The notes under the pieces were generated by a model that made no database searches, was not told where the DNA came from, and saw only the letters and a program-made list of their open reading frames with translations. Shown here piece after piece: positions 1 to 11,400 of a stretch of 64,000 nt of DNA. The stretch lies in the NCBI GenBank assembly GCA_965242965.1, contig OZ251518.1:3936001-4000000 (forward strand), read 5' to 3'. Origin of the DNA: Candidatus Poribacteria bacterium. GTDB taxonomy: Bacteria > Poribacteria > WGA-4E > WGA-3G. Each line of letters begins with the position of its first letter. Position 1 is the stretch's first letter. The translations under genes were made by a program, and so were the position numbers.

Positions 1-2
1 AG

Positions 3-1112
3 GAGGCAGGCGAAAAGGCGATTTCTTATATCAGAGGAACGATTCGCGCCACCGCCGAACGGCAAAACCGCAACCCCGATATCGCCGAAGCAATGGTGGA
101 TAAGGAACTGGTGCTGGTGCGGCTCTCCGATGGACATATCGTCAAACTGCTACCGGAAGAATACCTCGAAGAAGTCGATGCCGGGAGAGAAATGGAGATT
201 CTGTGCGCGCAGGGAAAACTGCTGACGATGACGACTTTGGAAGCACTTGAATATGAATTCGCTGACGCGCAAGCGGAAAATCTGACAAACCTGCTCGCGC
301 TCTACGAAATCGTTGAGATTGACGGTGTCAAAATGGCACTGCACGCCGAAGATGTGACGAGGAAACAGGCAGAACTCGGCGTGGGACAGGTGACGCGCGT
401 GAAATCGCTGGCGGACGCGCAAATCGAACGGTATGCCGTGACGCTCGCGGATAGCATCGTCTTTTTCCTCACCAGTCCCCTTATCAGTTCGGTGCTCCTC
501 TCGCTGGGGATGTTGGGTATCTTTATTGAGATTCGGACTCCCGGCTTCGGCATTCCCGGTTTCCTAGGGTTGCTGTGCCTCGGGCTTTTCTTCGGTGGGC
601 ACATGTTGAACCAAATTGAAGCGGAATGGGCGGCACTTGCTTTCGTCGTCGGCATCGCTTTCATCGTGCTGGAGGTATTTGTTATTCCGGGGTTCGGTGT
701 CGCCGGAATTATCGGCATTACGCTGATGCTCGGCAGCGTCTTTTTCGTCTTCAAAAACGCTTATGAACTCGGCACAGCCGTTCAATGGCTCTCTCTCTCC
801 GTGATTCTGACATGCACGATGGCAATCCTTGCGGCGTGGATGCTCCCGAAAACCCAGACTTTCCGGCGGTTCGCATTACCGACAGTCATGACGACTGACA
901 TGGGATACCATTCAGCGGGCTCGGAAGATTTTCAGAGTTACCTTGGACAGACAGGGATTGCGTTGACACCGTTGCGGCCCGCGGGCAGTGCACGAATTAA
1001 CAACAAGCGGGTAGATGTCATCACGGAAGGCGATTTCATCGCGCGCGACACCACAGTCAAAGTGCTTGAGGTTGAAGGAGCTAAGGTTTTTGTGGAGGCA
1101 ATTGAGGAATAA
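3..1112 (+). CDS. nfeD: NfeD family membrane-bound protease-like protein (YqeZ type), 5'-truncated by window
   Basis: Frame is open from the window start (EAGEKAISYIRGTIRATAERQNRNPDIAEAM). TM region IEIRTPGFGIPG / EVFVIPGFGVAG; C-terminal OB fold GIALTPLRPAG...VDVITEGDFI. Confidence 0.9.
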   Translation, partial: EAGEKAISYIRGTIRATAERQNRNPDIAEAMVDKELVLVRLSDGHIVKLLPEEYLEEVDAGREMEILCAQGKLLTMTTLEALEYEFADAQAENLTNLLALYEIVEIDGVKMALHAEDVTRKQAELGVGQVTRVKSLADAQIERYAVTLADSIVFFLTSPLISSVLLSLGMLGIFIEIRTPGFGIPGFLGLLCLGLFFGGHMLNQIEAEWAALAFVVGIAFIVLEVFVIPGFGVAGIIGITLMLGSVFFVFKNAYELGTAVQWLSLSVILTCTMAILAAWMLPKTQTFRRFALPTVMTTDMGYHSAGSEDFQSYLGQTGIALTPLRPAGSARINNKRVDVITEGDFIARDTTVKVLEVEGAKVFVEAIEE

Positions 1113-1114
1113 TT

Positions 1115-1594
1115 ATGTGGTTTCCAACGCTTCTCATCGCATTAGGCTTCCTGCTCATTTTCATTGAGCTCCTCATTCTGCCGGGGTTCGGCGCGGCAGG
1201 GGTGCCGGGGATTGTGCTTATCTGCACGGGACTCGGCATAATCTGGTGGAAAATCGGGTTTTACTCGGCACTCATCTACGGGAGCATCGCCCTAGTTTTC
1301 GCCATCCCGATTGCGATTGTCGGATTATCGATGATTCGTGAAACGCCGTTGGGGAACGTCTTTATCCTGAAAACCTCGCAGAAGAGCGACGATGGGTTTC
1401 AGGCGATGCCGCCGGAACTCAAAACACTGGTTGGCAAATCGGGAACGGCTATCACGCCGTTGCGTCCTACCGGTGTTGCCTTAATCGATGGACATCGCGT
1501 GGACATCGTCACGCGCGGCGAGTTTGTTGAAACGGAAACAGAGGTTGAAGTGATTTTGGTTGAAGGCAATCGCGTCGTCGTGCGCAGTTTGTGA
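1115..1594 (+). CDS. Short NfeD-like protein (TM helices + NfeD C-terminal OB fold)
   Basis: [13 protein letters not shown]; [14 protein letters not shown]...[11 protein letters not shown]...VEGNRVVVR. Confidence 0.88.
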   Translation: MWFPTLLIALGFLLIFIELLILPGFGAAGVPGIVLICTGLGIIWWKIGFYSALIYGSIALVFAIPIAIVGLSMIRETPLGNVFILKTSQKSDDGFQAMPPELKTLVGKSGTAITPLRPTGVALIDGHRVDIVTRGEFVETETEVEVILVEGNRVVVRSL

Positions 1595-1613
1595 AAGGAA
1601 AGGAGAATACAAC

Positions 1614-2504
1614 ATGGATGCATTTACGGGGATAGTTGCCCTCGTTGTCTTAATTTTTGTTATCGCGTTCTTTTGGTTCGTCCCGGTGGGGTTGTGGATT
1701 GCGGCGATTGCAGCGGGAGTGCCGCTCCGCATTTTTGACCTGGTTGGCATGCGCCTCCGCCGCGTCGATCCGAATATCATCGTCAAGGCACTCATCAGCG
1801 CACATAAGGCTGGCTTGCCAGTAGCGACGGCTGAATTGGAAGCGCATTATCTCGCCGGGGGGAACGTGCTGAACGTCGTTAGCGCGCTCATCGCCGCCGA
1901 TAAAGCGCGCATTGAACTCACCTTCCAACGCTCTTCTGCCATCGATCTGGCGGGCAGAGATGTCTTTGAGGCGGTGCAGGTGAGCGTTAACCCGCGCGTT
2001 ATTACCACCCCGCGCATCAGCGCGCTGGCATTGGACGGTGTCGAACTCATCACCACCGTCAGAATTACGGTGCGCACGAATATCAACCGGCTCGTCGGCG
2101 GTGCCGGCGAGGAGACGATTATCGCCCGCGTCGGCGAGGGGATAATCAGTGCCATCGGTGCCTCCGAAACCTACGAGGATGTGCTGGAAAATCCGGACAT
2201 TATCTCTAAAACTGTGTTGGACCGGGGGCTTGATGCCGGCACTGCCTTTGAAATCCTCTCCATTGACATCGCCGATGTCAACGTCGGCAAGAATATCGGT
2301 GCCGAATTACAAGCAGAGCAAGCCGAGGCAGACCTGGTTGTCGCGCAAGCGAAGGCGGAGGAACGCCGCGCGATGGCCGTCGCACGCAAGCAGGAAATGA
2401 CAGCGAGCGTGCAGGAGATGCGCGCTAAAGTCGTTGAGGCAGAGGCGCGCGTCCCGCGAGCACTCGCCGGCGCATTCCGAGAAGGCAATCTGAACACTGA
2501 ATAG
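1614..2504 (+). CDS. floA: Flotillin-like protein FloA (YqfA), copy 1, C-terminally short
   Basis: RBS aaggag before ATG 1614; [48 protein letters not shown]. Confidence 0.92.
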   Translation: MDAFTGIVALVVLIFVIAFFWFVPVGLWIAAIAAGVPLRIFDLVGMRLRRVDPNIIVKALISAHKAGLPVATAELEAHYLAGGNVLNVVSALIAADKARIELTFQRSSAIDLAGRDVFEAVQVSVNPRVITTPRISALALDGVELITTVRITVRTNINRLVGGAGEETIIARVGEGIISAIGASETYEDVLENPDIISKTVLDRGLDAGTAFEILSIDIADVNVGKNIGAELQAEQAEADLVVAQAKAEERRAMAVARKQEMTASVQEMRAKVVEAEARVPRALAGAFREGNLNTE

Positions 2505-2615
2505 AGAAGAGGGTTTACCATTGCGAGGAAACTTGCGGCGTGACTATGGATAGAGACGTGAATGCCGCAATGAACTTAAACAACGTCGCCGCTGGTTTGA
2601 CGGACGACGTAAAAC
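2504..2615 (+). pseudogene. tnpB: Remnant of the 3' end of an IS200/IS605/IS607-family tnpB
   Basis: Frame from 2504 reads [31 protein letters not shown], matching the TnpB zinc-ribbon/RuvC-III pattern R-x-Y-x-C-x2-CG-x3-DRD-x-NAA-x-N. Confidence 0.75.
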
Positions 2616-2716
2616 CAAGCAGGATTTACAGGATTATCACGGGCACGCCTGTCAAGATGCTCGGGTTTTCCTGAGCATCACTGTAAATCGTGATAATCGT
2701 GATAATCCTGCTCGGA
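2616..2716. repeat. ~100-bp palindromic element built of 9-nt AATCCTGxx/AATCGTGAT units (family G)
   Basis: ccaagcaggatt...aatcctgctcgg inverted ends; related copies at 8079-8172 and ~22029-22050. Confidence 0.6.
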
Positions 2717-2774
2717 ATTGAGTAACCTGCGGGAATCTTCGGAAACCTGCGGAGAAAAAGGAACAGAACGAATT

Positions 2775-3803
2775 ATGGAACCAATTGTTGCAATAATCGC
2801 CGTAGGACTTGTCCTATTTCTGGTTATCCTCACGTGGCTTGTCCCAGTCGGGTTGTGGATTACCGCCATCGCCGCAGGCGTGAAAGTGGGCATTTTTGAT
2901 TTGGTGGCGATGCGTTTACGGCGCGTGCCACCGAAGGCTATCGTGGAACCACAGATTAACGCCACGAAGGCAGGACTCTCTCTCTCTCTCGATGACCTCG
3001 AGGCACACTATCTCGCCGGGGGGCGCGTTGGGAGTGTCGTCGCGGCACTCATCGCCGCCGATAAAGCGAACATCGACCTGGGTTTCGCGCAAGCCGCCGC
3101 CATTGACTTGGCAGGACGCGATGTGCTACAAGCCGTCCAGGTCAGCGTTACGCCGGAGATTATCGATATCCCCGAAAGAAGTGATACGAGAGGCGGCATC
3201 ACCGCTGTCGCACGTGACGGCATCCAGTTGATTGTCACGGCGCGCGTTACCGTGCGTGCAGATATTGACAGACTTGTCGGCGGCGCGACAGAGGATACCA
3301 TTCGTGCCAGAGTCGGCGAAGGTATCATTACGACTATCGGCTCCGCGAGCAGCCATAAGAAGGTTTTGGAGAACCCTGTCCTCATCTCCGAAACGGTGCT
3401 GGCGAAAGGGTTGTCTGCCGGGACTGCCTTTGAAATCCTCTCTATTGACATCGCCGATATCAACGTCGGTGAGAACGTCGGAGCGAAATTACAGACGGAC
3501 CAGGCGGAGGCGGAACTCAAAGTCGCGCGCGCAAAGGCAGAAGAACGCCGCGCTCGCGCACAAGCGGAGGAAGAGGAGAACAAGGCACTCGTCGAAGAAA
3601 TGACTATCAAGCTCATCGAAGCGGAGGCAGAGGTGCCGCTCGCTATCTCCGATTCGTTTGACTCGGAACGGATGAGTGTGATGGCTTACTACGACTTGCG
3701 CAATATTCTTGCCGATACGGAGATGCGGCAATCAATCGCTTCGCCGGGTGGGACGCAAGAGGTAGATACAACCCGGTCTGCGCATTCGTTAGGGTTGTCG
3801 TAG
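2775..3803 (+). CDS. floA: Flotillin-like protein FloA, copy 2 (full-length)
   Basis: Same FloA motifs plus the C-terminal [21 protein letters not shown] segment. Confidence 0.92.
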   Translation: MEPIVAIIAVGLVLFLVILTWLVPVGLWITAIAAGVKVGIFDLVAMRLRRVPPKAIVEPQINATKAGLSLSLDDLEAHYLAGGRVGSVVAALIAADKANIDLGFAQAAAIDLAGRDVLQAVQVSVTPEIIDIPERSDTRGGITAVARDGIQLIVTARVTVRADIDRLVGGATEDTIRARVGEGIITTIGSASSHKKVLENPVLISETVLAKGLSAGTAFEILSIDIADINVGENVGAKLQTDQAEAELKVARAKAEERRARAQAEEEENKALVEEMTIKLIEAEAEVPLAISDSFDSERMSVMAYYDLRNILADTEMRQSIASPGGTQEVDTTRSAHSLGLS

Positions 3804-3816
3804 ACTGCTACACCTC

Positions 3817-4110
3817 TCGTAGGGCGAGGGCCCTCGCATGCCACAAGCGCATGCGAGAGGGTTTCCCTCGCCATGCTGCTGTGAGAACATACGATGTTCA
3901 TCGAGACCGTAGCGCGGGGGCCTGTCCCCCGCGATCGTTCCTGCTGCGAGAACATACGATGTTCATCGAGACCGTAGCGCGGGGGCCTGTCCCCCGCGAT
4001 CGTTCCTGCTGCGAGAACATACGATATTCATCGAGACGCGGGAGGTCTCGCCTACCGGGTGCCTGTCCCTCGCCATGCTGCTGCGAGAACTCGCGGGGGA
4101 CAGGCACCCG
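3817..4110. repeat. REP cluster with 65-bp tandem units
   Basis: gagaacatacgat unit starts at 3883, 3948 and 4013; GTAG-CGCGGGGG-cctgt-CCCCCGCG palindromes. Confidence 0.85.
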
Positions 4111-4147
4111 CACAGCGATTTTCACCTAAGACTATGGAGAAAAACCG

Positions 4148-4579
<432 letters not shown>

Positions 4580-4636
4580 GGACAGCTTTCTATATCTGTC
4601 CCTGTCTGTCGTTCGGGTGCTGTGGCGATAACATTG

Positions 4637-4940
4637 CATCGAGACCTGGAGGGATCTCCTACGGGTTTGTCTGTCGTTACGCACCGTAGCGCGGGGCCGC
4701 TCGGATGCCCGCCGCGTATCCGAGCGGGTTTCCCCCGAGAACACCCGCATGCTTACCGTAGCGCGGGGGCCCTCGGATGCCACACGCGCATCCGAGCGGG
4801 TTTCCCCCGCGAACGATGCCCACCGGGTAGGAGAGACCTCCCGGTCTCGATTCCGTAGCGCGTGGGCCCTCGGATGCCATACGCGCATCCGAGCGGGTTT
4901 CCCCCGCAATCTTGAAGCGAGGAACATCCCCGCGCCCTAC
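4637..4940. repeat. REP cluster
   Basis: Three GTAGCGCG... units carrying the CCCTCGGATGCCACACGCGCATCCGAGCGGG loop insert, plus GTAGGAGAGACC units. Confidence 0.85.
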
Positions 4941-4956
4941 GTGCAAATCCAAAAAA

Positions 4957-7071
4957 ATGCCCCGGCTACCTAAAAACCTCTTCATCTATCCCCTCGCCGC
5001 GCTTTTGGTATTGACGAGCTGCGCCGAATGCCCGGAAATCGCTGAACAGCAGGAACCAGTTGCGATAGAGGTGCCACCCTACGCCCGTTATCTCAAAGGC
5101 TTCACCATCTGCCTTGACCCGGGGCACGGTGGCCAAGGACACATCCCCGACTATAAGCGCGGCCCGACAGGCCTCCGCGAGGCAGAAGTCAATCTCCAAG
5201 TTGCCCTGTATCTGCGTGAGATGTTGCAAGATACCGGTGCTATCGTCATCATGACGCGGGTTGACGATTCTTACGTTAGCCTGCCGAGGCGTAGTCAGAT
5301 TGCCAACGAAAACCACGCCGATTTTTTCATTTCGCTGCACCATAACGCTATTGAGAATAAGCCGCTGACGAACTATACCTCGACGTGGTATCACGGCGAT
5401 GCGGATGAGTCGCGTCCGAGTCTCGATCTGGCGCGCTATATTCAGCAAGGTGTCGCCGATGCGCTTCGGTTGCCCACCTCGCCTGCGACAGGGCTCTATT
5501 CCGATAAGCTCGTCGCGGCTTCAGGTTTCGGTGTTTTGCGGCTGACGCACTGCCCGGCTGTCGTGTGCGAGGCATCTTTTTATTCTAATCCGGCGGAGGA
5601 GGCGCGGCTGAAATCGGCGGATTACCTGAAACGCGAGGCATCCGGCTATTTTCTGGGGCTTGCACGTTACGTTGCAGCGGGTTTTCCGAAAGGGACGCTT
5701 ATCAAACCTCATCCCGATGCGGTAATGGATACCAAAACGCCGCGGCTGCAAATCCGGGTTTCAGATGGGCTCCACGAGCGCGGCGCGTGGATGCTCAAAC
5801 GACAACAAGTCTTCACCGATTCTATACGTGTCAACATTGACGGCGTGCGTGTCCCTTTTCACTATCGGCGCGACGAAGATTTAATCGATATCGTCATTGA
5901 GAAACCGTTGTCAAATGGCACACATTCTGTCCAAACCGAACTCGTCAACTATTACGGCAATCACAGCCTGCCTTCTGCGCAGTGGTTTAAAGTCGCGCCG
6001 CCTGCGGAAAAAATGCATCTCCGCGCATGGACAGATACGCTTCCGTTTGATGGAAAAAGTTACGTCGGCATCGCCGTAACCGCGCTGGATGCAGATGGGC
6101 TCCCGATAGCGGATGACGAACCGATTTATGCCGACACTCAGCGGCGCGCCCTGCTCTTTAAGACAGAGGCACTTTCCAAAGACGGGGCGGCGTGTTTTTA
6201 TCTGCGGACACCGACAGAACCCGGCACCGCGAGGGTGAGGGTGAGTTATCGGCAGAAACAAGCATCGGTGACGATTCGCTTTGCTGCAATTGCCCACGGA
6301 ATTGCACAGGGACAAATCTTGGATGCGGATACCGGTAAACCGATTCAAAACGTCCAGCTGGAAGCGAGCGGCTTGCAAAAAACTGTCACGACAGATGCCG
6401 AGGGCCACTTTTTCTTCACAACGGATTTTGAGGGAGAGACAACGCTACGCATCGCCGCGGCGGGTTACTATCCTGACGAACGCCAGATTGACATGCAACC
6501 AAACGGCGCGACGGTTATCAATCTGAAACTCCACGCCGTTGCAGATGGCGCGTTCGCCTCTACTGTCTTTGTGTTAGATTCACTCGGCGATGCTCATGAA
6601 ACGCGGGAACTCATCAAGGCATTACAAGAGATGTTGGAACTTGCCGGAGCCAAACTCTACCGTGTCCAAAAATCGTCTGTTCAAGAGCGGATTGCGGCGG
6701 TAAATGCGATTCCGTCGGAGGGGTATTATCTCCGCGTTCACCACGCGCAGCCGAGGAAAGATGAGCCTGCTGTCCTTGCGGCGCATTACCGCGGCAATTA
6801 CGACGCGGAAAACTTCCTCAAGCAGGTATTGGAGCAATTCGGCGCGTCACCGGTTACCGTGCAAGACACGTCAACGCCTGAAATTCAGCAGACGAACAAA
6901 ATGGCGATGACGCTTGAAATCCGAACAGGGGGTTCCGCAATGGAAGAAGCGCAGGCGATTTTTTTCGGCGCGTGGCGGTTTTTGAAAGGTGGGGAGATTG
7001 CAGATGAAGACAGGAAGCGGTTCTTAGCATATTTAGCGGCATCGCAAGAGACAGGAAAAGGTGGACAATAG
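4957..7071 (+). CDS. N-acetylmuramoyl-L-alanine amidase (Amidase_3) lipoprotein with Ig-like and carboxypeptidase-regulatory-like domains
   Basis: Lipobox LTSC; CLDPGHGG, EAEVN, FISLHHNA, VVCEASF zinc-amidase motifs. Confidence 0.88.
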   Translation: MPRLPKNLFIYPLAALLVLTSCAECPEIAEQQEPVAIEVPPYARYLKGFTICLDPGHGGQGHIPDYKRGPTGLREAEVNLQVALYLREMLQDTGAIVIMTRVDDSYVSLPRRSQIANENHADFFISLHHNAIENKPLTNYTSTWYHGDADESRPSLDLARYIQQGVADALRLPTSPATGLYSDKLVAASGFGVLRLTHCPAVVCEASFYSNPAEEARLKSADYLKREASGYFLGLARYVAAGFPKGTLIKPHPDAVMDTKTPRLQIRVSDGLHERGAWMLKRQQVFTDSIRVNIDGVRVPFHYRRDEDLIDIVIEKPLSNGTHSVQTELVNYYGNHSLPSAQWFKVAPPAEKMHLRAWTDTLPFDGKSYVGIAVTALDADGLPIADDEPIYADTQRRALLFKTEALSKDGAACFYLRTPTEPGTARVRVSYRQKQASVTIRFAAIAHGIAQGQILDADTGKPIQNVQLEASGLQKTVTTDAEGHFFFTTDFEGETTLRIAAAGYYPDERQIDMQPNGATVINLKLHAVADGAFASTVFVLDSLGDAHETRELIKALQEMLELAGAKLYRVQKSSVQERIAAVNAIPSEGYYLRVHHAQPRKDEPAVLAAHYRGNYDAENFLKQVLEQFGASPVTVQDTSTPEIQQTNKMAMTLEIRTGGSAMEEAQAIFFGAWRFLKGGEIADEDRKRFLAYLAASQETGKGGQ

Positions 7072-7073
7072 GC

Positions 7074-8081
7074 ATGCAGATTACGTCAAAAATCACGAAA
7101 CTTCAACTTTCATCACCCTTTAAGATTGCCCGCCGCGCGATGGATACGTATCGGGAGGTTATCTCCGTAGAAATAGATGGCGGCATTGGTGAAACCGCAC
7201 CGGCGCGGTTTTACGGCGAGACGGTGCAGACAGTCGAAGCAGCGTTGAAAACCATCGGGCCGGTTATTGCGGCAGACCTGGGTGCGATTCAGGACGTGAT
7301 GGCTGAGGTTGAAACGGCGTTGGGCGGCAATTACGCCGCGAAATCGGCGATTGACATGGCACTGCACGACAGACTCGGCAAGAAACTGGGCGTGCCGCTC
7401 TATCAACTCTGGGGACTCAATCCGATGAAAACGCCGCAGACTTCGTTTACCATTGGACTTGATGAACCGATGGTGATGGCTGAGAAGGCGCGGCGCGCCG
7501 AAGCATATTCTATCCTGAAAGTGAAACTCGGCACACCGCGGGATTTGGAGATAATGGCGGCACTCCGCGCTGTCACGGATAAACCCATCTATGTCGATGC
7601 GAATACGGCGTGGCACCCGAAAGAGGCGGTGCGCAAAATCCGTGAATTGGTGCAATACGGTGTGGAATTGATTGAACAGCCGACGAATCCTTACGATTTG
7701 CGCGGACTCAAGTTTGTCCGCGAACATTCGGAACTGCCTATTATCGCTGATGAGAGCGTCAAACGCGCCGCGGATATTCCCGCGCTCGCTGAGTGCGTTG
7801 ACGGTATCAACATCAAATTAGTGAAGTGTGGCGGGCTGCTGGAGGCACTGCGGATGATGCATGTCGCCCGCGCACACGGCTTGCAGGTGATGCTCGGGTG
7901 TATGATAGAGAGTTCACTCGGCATCACTGCCGCTGCGCATTTGACACCGTTGGTAGATTATGCGGATTTAGATGGGAATTTGCTCATTGCAAACGATCCG
8001 TATGTGGGTGTGACTGTTGAGGAGGGGAAGCTGGTCTTGCCAAGTGGGCCGGGGATTGGTATCGGTGCATCGGAGTGCTAA
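7074..8081 (+). CDS. L-Ala-D/L-Glu dipeptide epimerase (enolase superfamily)
   Basis: LKVKLG, VDAN, IEQP, ADES, NIKLVKCGG, DLDG. Confidence 0.9.
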   Translation: MQITSKITKLQLSSPFKIARRAMDTYREVISVEIDGGIGETAPARFYGETVQTVEAALKTIGPVIAADLGAIQDVMAEVETALGGNYAAKSAIDMALHDRLGKKLGVPLYQLWGLNPMKTPQTSFTIGLDEPMVMAEKARRAEAYSILKVKLGTPRDLEIMAALRAVTDKPIYVDANTAWHPKEAVRKIRELVQYGVELIEQPTNPYDLRGLKFVREHSELPIIADESVKRAADIPALAECVDGINIKLVKCGGLLEALRMMHVARAHGLQVMLGCMIESSLGITAAAHLTPLVDYADLDGNLLIANDPYVGVTVEEGKLVLPSGPGIGIGASEC

Positions 8082-8198
8082 TCCTGGTAAATCTTGGAAA
8101 TCGTGATAATCCTGCTCGGATTTACAAGATTCGCGGGATGTGGAGCAGGATTTACAAGATTATCACGATTAGCAAGATGCGAAGAACGGCCCGTTTTA

Positions 8199-8446
8199 CC
8201 GTAGGGCGAGGGCCTGTCCCTCGCCAGGCAACGATCGCGAGGGAAACCCGCTCGGACGCGCTGGGCAGAGCACCCACGCCCTACGGAGCCTGAAACGATC
8301 GCGGGGGACAGGCCCCCGCGCTACGGTAGCCAGAACGGCCCGTTTTTTCGTAGGGCGAGGGCCTGTCCCTCGCCATGCACCGATCGCGGGGGAGACCCGC
8401 TCGGAGCCTGAAACGATCGCGGGGGACAGGCCCCCGCGCTACGGTA
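8199..8446. repeat. REP cluster between convergent genes
   Basis: GTAGGGCGAGGGCCTGTCCCTCGCC and inverted CGCGGGGGACAGGCCCCCGCGCTAC, in two ~150-bp units. Confidence 0.85.
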
Positions 8447-8456
8447 CTGAGCACGG

Positions 8457-11400
8457 CTATTCTTGCCGTTTCACCTCACCGAACGTAGTCAGCATCCGAT
8501 TAGATGCGGAAACAGGACCCGGCAACAACCGCGTCACTAACGTCTCTGGCTTACCATCAAACGCAACTTCCTCGATCTGATAATAATACTCAACCCCCGG
8601 CTTCGCAGACGTATCCGTAAACGTATACGTCTGACGTTCGCCTGTTGTGCCGGCACCGGCGATTAAGGCAGGATTCAAAAGCGTGAAACCGCTCGCGCGC
8701 TTTTCACTGCGGCGCAGATTGAAACCCGCGTTGTCGACTTCTGATTCGGTTGTCCATGTCAAGACAACAGCACCAGCTTCATTGCGCATCATCGAGAAAC
8801 TGGATAACTCTACCGGCAATGCACCGCCTTCGCGATGCCCCGGTGTGCCGATGTCCTCAGCATGGCCGTAGTGGAGAGACTCATCAAACGGCTTGATGCG
8901 CGCTGCCAACACCCAACTCGCACGCTTTTGTCCCGGCAGCGCAACACTCTTGTCATAACGCCGAATGACAGAACTCCGCGAACCTTCCTCAAAACTCAAC
9001 GGTAATGCCCATGCAGGTGCATCGTCCGAACGCCGATCGCTGTCCCTGTTACCGACTTCGTCTACCAGATTCCCGTTCCTATCGGAGAGTTGCAGGTAGA
9101 ATCCTTCGGTACTTAAGAACGTATCGCGCGCACGCTTGATGCGCAGATTCTTCTCGTGCAGTGCCAACAGGTCGTAAATTCTGTCCGCCGGCAGATACGA
9201 ATCCGACGACGCACGCGCCGGTCCTGCCACAATCAAGAGCGTCTGATTTGGCTGAATCACTTTTTCGCCAAGCGTCAGCGTGACAATCGGGCGGCCGACT
9301 AAATCCTCGGAATCGACATTCTGAATCTCCAACCTCCACCGGTTGAGATTAATGGCATCCGTTTTGGAATTGTTGTAGAGTTCAATCCATTGCGGCAATG
9401 TGCCGCCACCCGAATCAAACATGATTTCGCTGAGCGTGACACTTCCCTTCGGCGTAGCGGCTTCCGTTTTCACCGCACCATTCGGATAGCCCGGCGTGCC
9501 GGAAGTGGCAGGAGACTCTGTCACCTTCCTATCATAGCCGATACCGGTGAACGCCGATTCTGCCCAGGCATCCTTGTGGTATCCCACAATGTCCGCCTTC
9601 GTGCGCTGCCAGACTTTGCCTGAGCCGAGGGCATCTTCAGTGTCACCACCCGGTGCCTGCAACACTTGCAAGGGCCAGACATGCGTATCATAGTCGCCTG
9701 TCTGCTCGCGGACAAACGCATCGGTGTCGCTGCCGCCGCCACCGGCGACATCCACGAATGCCTCGTTCAAGCCGCGTTTATCCTTCGCGTTGCGGAGAAT
9801 CAAAAGGAATTTTCCATCGTCAGGTAGGGACAACTCCGATTTGACAAGATACAGGTGCGAAGAACCTTTTGTCTCCACCGCGGCAGTCGCCACGTTATCA
9901 CCACCGGCGAGCGCATTGCCTTCCGCCGTTGGATCGCTGTTCGTTATCAACAACAGCCCGTTCGCAGGCACGCTCACATCTTCCACAAAAGCAATCAGGG
10001 AAGTATCTTCCTTCTTGCCATCTTGCACGATGCTGAGCTCCCAGTCTTTTAACGAGACAGCAGATCCTGTCACATTGCGGAGTTCCAACCAGTCATCAGT
10101 ATCGCCGCTACCATTGCCGAGTTCGTTGAAGACAACGGGGCTGCGCGGCACATCCGATGCGGCCGCCTTCGGTTCTTCCACCTGGAAAATCGGGAAGACC
10201 GGCAACACCGGCGACTCCTGCATCACCGTGGGGACCTGCCGCCCTGACGTATCTACCAACGGCAACTGCCCCCGAGCCGGGACCCGAGCAGGAACTTCAC
10301 CAGAACCTTTCACTTCCTCCTGACTGGTACCCGCTAACTGACTGCCACCGGCATCCACCAGCCGCGTCCCCACCGGCACCGTTAACCCAACAGGCGCAAC
10401 GCTTATTGAATCCGCAACGTCAGTGACTGCCACCGTATACGCAAACGTCACTTTCGTGGAATTCGCATCCGCGGCGGCTTGCCATGTCGCATGCCGGGCA
10501 TTTGCCGGCACTTCTTCGCCGAGATACAGCGTCAGATACGGCGGGGCATCGCCTTCATAGCGGAGGCCTTCCCGATTATACGTTACTTCCACCTCAATCT
10601 TCTCACCGGCGGTATAAACACCGGCGGCAGGCTCAACTATCTCCGGGGTTTCCACCACCTGAAACGGGATGTTCACCGGCACTGTCAACGTATTGGATGC
10701 CAGACTATCGTTGCCTGCGATGTCCTGTGTTGCACCGGCGGGCACACTGATAGCCACGTCGCCCTGAAAACCGAGAGGCGGCGCAATCGTCGCCTTGTAA
10801 ACTAGAAACGAGGCAGAGTTTTTCGCATCACCGGGGGAATGAAGCGAACCAGGCGGATTGCTCCGACCGGGAGGCGGCCACTGATTGGTAGCACGATGGT
10901 CCAACCCGATATAGGTAGTTTCAACCTCCCACTCAGATCTCACCACATTCGCACCGGTAATCTCCACATCATCGCCGGTAAAACTCGTCCCCACTTCGTC
11001 GGCTATCGCGCCCGGCTCGTTGAAAAAGCGGAATTCAACATCAAAGGCCCCTGTCTGGACATCGCTTTCCGTGACAGCCGCGCGGAAATCGTCCGCTGTC
11101 ATCGCGGGGATTGCGGTATACGTCGGATCCAGATTCACCACGGCAATCCGTCTATCCTCTCTGTGCGTTTCACCGTTCTTTATCACGCCGGGAATCCAGA
11201 CTGTCGCGGGGATGGTATCCACGAGGTACTTGATGATGCCTCGGGCATAGTCAGCGTGGTGTTCCCCCGGCGGATCTATCCACGGATCTGCCTCGCTCGT
11301 CGCCGTTAGCATCTGCCCGGAAAAAAACGAGCGGAACTGCGTTTCAAGCCCCAAGGCAACCGAATTAGGAACATTGGGGATTCTGGCTACCTCGTGGCCT

